This document shows, one piece after another, positions 56,992 through 64,000 of a stretch of 64,000 nt of DNA (the first letter of the stretch is position 1; every line of letters starts with the position of its first letter). Below the pieces are notes generated by a model. That model made no database searches. It was not told the DNA's origin and saw only the letters and a list, made by a program, of their open reading frames with translations. Made by a program: the position numbers and the translations under genes. Source of the stretch: Paraspadella gotoi (taxonomy: Eukaryota > Animalia > Chaetognatha); the NCBI GenBank assembly GCA_051294375.1, contig CM119264.1, positions 5,935,621 through 5,999,620 on the forward strand, in the 5' to 3' direction.

Positions 56992-59900
56992 TCAAGATCT
57001 CTGATCTTCTGGACAGTCGGGTTGTGCCCGAGGATGAGCTTTCTTGAAAGCCTCCAGCTCTTCGCAGGCCGAGTTGACTTTCATCAGAGTCGGGAACGAA
57101 GACAAGTCGACGTTGAACCGCCTCGCGTTGTAAATCTAGTTGGAATACCAGAGTATTTGTAAGAGATGATTATTTAATATGATCTTAAATGAGATTGAAT
57201 CTCTCAATCTCATTTACATTCCATTTACATTCCAACATTCCATCAAGTAAGATATTAATGAACACTGAACCTCTTGGTACCTACTTATATGCTGATCTTA
57301 TCTCAGGCATACATACCCTCGTATATATTCAGTAGAGCGTTCAAAGATAACAAAATATAAGATATTTAATTTCATTCATTATTGTTTTAATGTAATAAGG
57401 TCTGAAGAATTCGATGATGATAACCATTTTTTGGTATAGTTTTATCTTCCTTGTCGCCAATGACGATTTTTGAGGCATATAAGGTGCTATTAAAATGGCG
57501 CAACCACTGTAGAGTATGAGAAACTAAAATTATTAAAATTTTATAAAAGTTATTATTAGCTTATATAATATGAAAATAAGACCCATAAAAATATTCGGTA
57601 AGTTTATTTACAAATTTTATATTTTATTAACAGCTTGTTAGCTATATTTATTAATAATTAGTAATTAAAAATAAGCTAAAGTGAAAAAATAAATATTTTG
57701 AAATTTTAAAACCGGATTTGAATTCCTTGCAAAAAGTTGATATAAGAAAGTATAATCTATTTTAACAAATTCTTTCATTAAGTTGGTTAAAAATATTAAA
57801 AACTATGATATTTGTTTAATTTTACCATTTTTGGCTTAAAATTATAGGTTTTCTAAATTTTGACTAACTTAATGACATAATTTTTTAATAAAAATTATAT
57901 TTTCTTATATCAACTTTTTGCAAGGAATGCGAATCCGGGATAACAAATTTTAAATTATTATTTTTTAACTTTAACCTAATTTTTATTTATAATTATTAAT
58001 AAATATAGCTAACTAACTTTTAATAAAACATAAAATTGAGAAATATTTTTACCAAAATATTTTTATAGGTCTTTATTTTTATATTTCAAAAGCTCATGTA
58101 AATTTTAAAAAATTAATAATTTGAATTATCATATCTATAATGTTTGCCCTATTTATTAGCATTTTATATACATTAAAAATCGTTATTTCCGACAAGAAAG
58201 ATGAAATTATACAAAAAATTGGTCATCACCATCGAATTCTTCAGACCTTATTACAGTAAAATAACTATGAATGGAATTTAATTGCTTATATTTTGTTATA
58301 TTTGAATGCTCTAATATTCAGGTATGATGCTGATCTTATCTCAGGCATACATACCCTCGTATATATTCAGGTATATGTATTATGTAATATAATGATTAAT
58401 GAATTTATATCCCTGAAGTTGTACGTCTATTTATTTGGCTTTGTCATGTCATGTCACTGGCGTATATTTTATTTTTCAATTTTAGCATTAGCCCATATTT
58501 ATATAGTACTCAACATAGAAAATGTCAAAATTTTAAAATGGTTTTTTCTTATTTTTGAAAAGCAGATTCGAATTCCTCATGAAAAGTTAATAAAAAGAAA
58601 AATAACTCTTTTTAGAAAATTTTTTTCATTAAGTGGGTCAAGAAAATAAAAAACTGTTATAGCTAACCTAAAATTAAATTTTAGTATAAATAAAAAATAT
58701 ATTTTTTAAATTTTTTAGCTAACTTAATGAAATAATTTTTTCTTAAGACTTATATTTTCTTTTATCAACTTTTTATGAGGAATTCGAATCTGCTTTTAAA
58801 CTAAGAAAAAACTATTTTAAAATTTTAACTTTTTTATGGTAAGTACTATGAGCTAATGCAAAAATTGAGAAATTAAAAAACTATTCGAATTTTGATCTGC
58901 AACTTTCACTACGCCTCAATCCTCATAGAACTCCAAAAATACGTGATTTATAAACTAATTAACGTAATGTCCAACTACAGTCTGACAGACACACAAACTG
59001 AAAAGTCTGATGTAGCGTCACTCAAAACCATTGTTCGAACGCCTTTTCCCAAACACCTGTGGGATCAAGCAGAGATCAGCGATGGTGACTTCGTCTCCGA
59101 CGCAAAACTTTCCCGCTGTTCCAAGGACCATCTCTTCAACTGCACGGAGGCCGGCGTCGATGACGTCATGAGCGAACGCCATCTTCTTCTCGTCGCCGAT
59201 TCGCTGCAACACCGACAGGTTTTGCAAAGGTTGGATTCCGGAGGCGATGGTCTCGGCGATAGAGCGCGCGCGGGCCTTCGCTACAGGATCGGCCGGAAGC
59301 AGCGAGGGCTTGGGGTGAGAATCTTCCAAAAATTCGATGATGGCCAAGGATTGAGTCAGAGTCACCCCATCATAGACGAGGACCGGAACCTGAGAGAAGA
59401 AGAGGTTATGGAATAAGTGCGTCCAACAACACATAAATCGTTATTAAAAGCCATAAACCGAAAAACGTAAAATAACTACGTCACACCTGTTTCATTGGAT
59501 TTAGAGATTTGAATTCTTCATTGTGTTGCTGCCCACCTTCTTTGACAAGATGTACGGCTTCGGTGTCGTAGTCAATACCTTTGAGAGACAACGCAATGCG
59601 AACTCGCCAACTAAATAACGGGGAAGTATAGTGATCTCGCCACAAGTTACTATCAAAGAAAATTAATAAAAAAATCCGGAAAAAAAAACCCGAATGATTG
59701 ATCCGATAACGAATTATTGATGTAATAGTAATTGATTGATATAATAATAATTGATTATTGATGCAATTGGAGACAATGATAACCAAATATTGATGCGATG
59801 ATAACCAAATATTAATGCGATGAAAACAAAAAATTGATGCGATGAGTCATTCATCGTAAATAAAACAAATGCGTGTATGAGTGAGAGAGAAAAAGAGATA

Positions 59901-60841
59901 TATAATTAGGGACCAACTCCGGAGATAATAGACTATTAGCAAATTTTTTTTAATTGTCTTGACTAAATATTTAAGCAATCATTTTCAAAAAAAATTTACA
60001 TTATACGTCTTGATTAATACATTAAATATTATTCGTCTTTTTTCTCATAAGATTTTTTTTTTAAATCTTAAAATTTTTTAATGGATTCTGATAGGGCATT
60101 AAAAGTTAAACAAGATATATAATTATAGCTTTTAAAAATCCCTACGTTTTCCAAGTGAAAATATAAAAAAATTAAAATCATTAAAAGATGATGATTGTGA
60201 CAACTTTCTACGGTTTTTCTTATTTTTGACTCACTTATAAAATTTTTTTTTTAAATTATACTTGGTGTAGACAAATTTTCATGAGCTATCTGAATTTGGT
60301 CTTAAAATCTAAAAATTCTAAAAAAAATTTTTTGCTTTTCTATCTATAAATAAATATTAAAAAATTAATTATTTGGGTATAGAGCCATATGAGAAATGTT
60401 TTGTCCATTGAAAGTTTTTTTAAAAATGTATAAATTTTCGTATGTAATCATTCTAAATTTTGGACTCAATTGTGCGTATGGAAGAATTAATTTGAGGGGT
60501 AAGATTCAAGTCTGAACTCTGTATAGTACTATAAACTAATTTACATATAGCAGTAGGTACAATATCTAATTTGCATATTGCAGTAAATCATAATGAAAAT
60601 GAAATTCAAACAAAAAATACTTGAATCGATATGATGTGATTTTAAAATATCTTGATATTGAGAAGCTATATCGAAATTTTTAGCTTCCTATGGTTATAAA
60701 TTTTTATAATTTCCAATGGCAAAAAAAGCGTGACGACGACAATGGCACAAAGAAGCAAATCTAAAATCTTGAGAAAAAAAAACTTGCACACCTGCAGCTG
60801 CTCCTCCAGTAGGAGTAAAGCTTGGGTTTGATCTTCGACAT
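56992..60841 (-). CDS. GSTZ1: Glutathione S-transferase zeta / maleylacetoacetate isomerase, four exons
   Basis: [16 protein letters not shown]|[15 protein letters not shown]...LNPMKQ|VPVL...SGIQPLQNL...[10 protein letters not shown]|[15 protein letters not shown]...[15 protein letters not shown]. Confidence 0.96.
57333..58313. mobile_element. Non-autonomous hAT-type element in a GSTZ1 intron, with an internal foldback
   Basis: TAGAGC...GCTCTA termini, imperfect TIRs of about 90 bp, and an 8-bp TSD ATATTCAG (57325-57332 and 58314-58321). A related shorter copy lies at about 52810-53221. Confidence 0.85.
58555..58800. repeat. AT-rich foldback related to the internal part of 57333-58313
   Basis: AGCAGATTCGAATTCCTCATGAAAAGTT.ATAAA pairs with TTTATCAACTTTTTATGAGGAATTCGAATCTGCT. 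Confidence 0.7.
59622..59900. mobile_element. Short copy of the 9835 modular repeat with few minisatellite units
   Basis: Same terminus, the same GATGCGATGATAACCAAATATT-type units, and the same end GCGATGAGTCATTCAT.GTAAATAAAA..TGCGTGTATGAGTGAGAGAG. Confidence 0.8.
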
Positions 60842-61207
60842 GGCGTGGTCGTGCAAAATGCAACTAAATAACTGAGCTTGTGATTGAAAAGAAATCGAAA
60901 TAACGTTAATTAAAATGTTAAAAGTTGATCGGTGATCGAACATAAAAGACTTTTTTTAACACGATGAAAAATAAATAACTGTATCTAGTTGTTCAGGATA
61001 CTGAAGAGTAGAGAGCTGAAATTTCTAGGATACTGTTTAAAAACGAAACTAATTTAAAAAAAAGTTTTTTTTAATCTTGGTTGGAAGGCAACTTTTGGAA
61101 AGACTAGCAGGAAGTAGAAAGGGAAATATTCTGAAAAAAATATTGGCGCGATGAAGTGAATGACGAGAAAGCGAGGATCGTGAGGTTCGAGATGAAAAAA
61201 ATAATTG

Positions 61208-61853
61208 TCAAAAGCAAATGGTGTCGTCGTTGTCGTACTTCCGATTCGCCTTACGAATTCTCTTTCCCTGGGACTCGGCCTTAGGCGGCGACAATGATGG
61301 ACCGGAATCGGTAATTCCGCCGCCGAAAAAACGCTTTTTGACGCTCTTAGGCAGCGAGGCGTTCGGAAGATAAAGGGCGCGCCTCGTGGTCGTCTCGCGG
61401 GCGCCATCGGCGAGGGAAGCTACTTCGACCTCTTCGGTTTGTATCTTTCCGAGATATCGACCCACGTAGTTGCTTCCGTCGTCCCACTTGACGAAAACTA
61501 AAAAATGAACGAGATTTCAATTATGATAATTATTATCCCAATTTTTTTGGAAAAAAAAAGGGACCTGCCTTTGGCGTTGACAGGAGGATCGTAGTCCGGA
61601 CCGCAGGGAAAGTTTTGAATGTCGGAAGGGTAAACGTCTCGACTAAGTGTGCCGTCTTCGAAGTAGATCTTATAAAAGAAGGTGGGTCGAAAAGAAACGA
61701 TTCTCGCTAAGAAATACTTGTTTCCTTTGAAGGGCGCTACGACGGTTTGGCCGACGAAGACGTCTTCAGCCGTAGGTCGGCCTGCTTCGTCCGCCTCGTC
61801 GTCAACGTCAATATCTTTCAGCGTTTCTTCTGAAGTCGAGTTGAAGTCGCGCT
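61208..61853 (-). CDS. KDM4: 3' exons of a KDM4/JMJD2 histone demethylase (hybrid double Tudor domain); remainder lies upstream
   Basis: VGQTVVAPFKGNKYF...FYKIYFEDGTLSRDVYPSDI...|VFVKWDDG...Y.G.Y...LPKSVKKRF matches the KDM4 double-Tudor layout. Catalytic exons not seen. Confidence 0.8.
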
Positions 61854-64000
61854 GAATTAGGGAAAATTTCAAATAGTTTTGTGGAAAAACAACAACCACC
61901 CTCGGTAAAAACTGACCTTGCTCACCTTACCATCGTTAAAATCATCATAATCTCCCTCAATTATTATTATCTCCGCGTTTATTTGTGTAAAATAAAACTA
62001 CTATAAATTATCCGTAATAAACCACGCCTAGTTTCTTCGTTGTGGTGACAGGAATGGATTAGACTCACCACACCAAAATTACGCTACCCTTCATCAAAAA
62101 TTACGCTACCATTTATCATAGACTACGTCATCACCTCTAAATTGGATTTCTTCATTCCCGAATGAACATTTCTACATACCGATTAATAATAATAATAATA
62201 ATTCAGGGCCCCTTTAAATCTACATTACCATCACGATGCTACTATGAATATACTGGGACTTATTTACTTCCCCCCCAAGCTGAAATTTTTATTTTTAACA
62301 GATTTTAAAGGGAAAACGTAATGATTATTATCAAGTATTATTTATATTATAATTTTTTTTTAAATAATCTGGTTTATGATACATATGACACAATGAAAAA
62401 TAACGTGGCGTTACTGTTCCGTGCATAAAAAAAATTCACTGTTCAATATTATTATATTTCTTTTTATTTTTTGAAACATTATAGTTTCATATGTCGATAT
62501 CCAAAATATCAATGCAAAATCTTTTTTTGTTTTTTAGATATGACCGAATATAGGGTGAAAGATGATAATTTTTTTAAAAAAGTTACTTATTCATATTTAT
62601 TCTTAGAATTGTAATAGAAAAAAATAAAAAAAAATAATAGTACCAATAGTTAGTGTTATGTCTCAAATAGATGGAAAAAAAACCTCATTTAAAAATTTGA
62701 TCGGGAAGTGGGTAACTAAGGCTTACCAATGGCATCCTCCACGCCGATTGTTCTCACAAATAATTTTTTTTATTTAATACATTTGAAAGGGAAAAAAAGA
62801 AAATTCAGAATGCAGGTTGTATAAAGGGTACAGATAATCTGGACTTACTGACATGATAACCATGACCTTTTATATCTTGTGAAATGGGGCAGTAAAGATA
62901 TCTAAAAAATTAGATCATTAAGTCAGTCAATGAACCCTTTCTAATGGGCTATTATGAGAAATATTTTTATTAATTAAAATGGATAATAAATAATAGAATT
63001 AAATTCCTTGCTATATTTAAAAAAAAATTATCAATACAATTTAACATAATGATGTCTTGCTTTGTCAAATATATTGCCAGTTATATAATTTTTAAAACTT
63101 TATTATGATAAACAAGCTGTGTGTCAAGCTTTTAGTTTGCAGTTAAAGATAATAAAAAATACCAATTTTTTTTTCACAGAAAAGAAGGTAGATGTCCAGA
63201 CTGTTTATATCAAGCTGAAAAACATTTTTGTATTTATCATTTTTGATATTTAAAAAGACATTTTGTCAAGCTACAACATAAATTTTTGCTTGTTTTTTAC
63301 TTTAACTTAAAAATATAAGCAGTTTTATGGAATAAAAAAAAATTAATAATAATCAAAATGTAATTCAGTCTTTCCTTTTTCAAATTACAAAAGAAAAATA
63401 AAAAAATTCATATGCCTTCATTGAAATTTTTAAAGCAAAAAACTGTTATACTTTTAACTCTGATTTAAACAAAAGCTGTGTAAATATTTATGGATTTAAT
63501 TTAATAAAACTTTTTTAGAAAGGTGTCCCATGATTAGGGCTTTAATTTGATACCACACCCATCTTGCTAGCTCTTTTCTTTCAAAAGTTATTTAAAAAAA
63601 AAATTTTTTTCAAACTACGCAGTACAAATCTTAAATAAAAATTTTGGCAAAGCAGGAGTATCTCACTTATTTCTATTGATACAATACTTAAATTTTAAAA
63701 TAAAACTTGAAGAAAATTTTTTTGTCATTTAGAGACGTATCACTTTCAGATGTACCCATCGTATAATAATTGATTTATTTATTTCCCCAAAAAAACCTAA
63801 CTAAAAAAGTTGAAATTTTTTTAAATTGTTGAAAAAAAATTTCCTCCGACCTATGCTCATTGAGAATAATGGTTTTGCATAGAAAATCAAAATATCAAAA
63901 AAATAAAAAAATCAGCCTCTAGAAAAATCGAAAGGCTAGAGGCTGATTTTTTTAGAATTGCAAAATTTTTTTCCTAACTCGAAATCCATTATTCTCAAGT

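Noticed and set aside
59018-59065. GSTZ1 ending at [12 protein letters not shown]
   Set aside because: A CAG|GTGTTT donor and a conserved terminal exon at 57135-56992 give the canonical C-terminus.
1-64000. Spliced-leader RNA or snRNA gene in the window
   Set aside because: I saw no nematode SL1/SL2-like leader and no recognisable snRNA. An unknown leader cannot be excluded by eye.
62000-64000. Coding or transposase remnants in the terminal AT-rich 2 kb
   Set aside because: No ORF or motif found. It is probably KDM4 intron with repeat fragments (62390-62545 resembles 55630-55770).

Overview
Eukaryotic (invertebrate animal-like) genomic DNA with GC-rich exons, short AT-rich GT-AG introns and AT-rich spacers carrying non-autonomous repeats. 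I can recognise 20 protein-coding genes by reading exons across the ORF track. In order: eRF3/GSPT, SERGEF, a class I SAM methyltransferase, TBCD, a CUE-only microprotein, metaxin, ERH, MRPL45, TMEM33, IDS, MEF2, a NEK kinase, TMEM11, ERLEC1, a ZnT1-like transporter, an LDLa/PPxY membrane protein, RFC3, SMARCC, GSTZ1 and the 3' end of KDM4. All 20 lie on the minus strand. Many are only about 190-430 nt apart, and TMEM11's stop codon is 3 nt from the NEK start in the same frame. Most start codons have a 3'-splice-site-like (Y)nAG just upstream. The leading hypothesis is a long unidirectional, possibly polycistronic and trans-spliced gene array; this is inference and needs RNA data. Repeats include two hAT-type elements with 8-bp TSDs, foldback MITEs, tRNA-derived SINE-like elements sharing a covarying 3' hairpin, and a DINE/Helentron-like modular family with an expanded 22-bp minisatellite. 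Exon boundaries were read by eye and some are approximate. The organism cannot be identified from the sequence alone.
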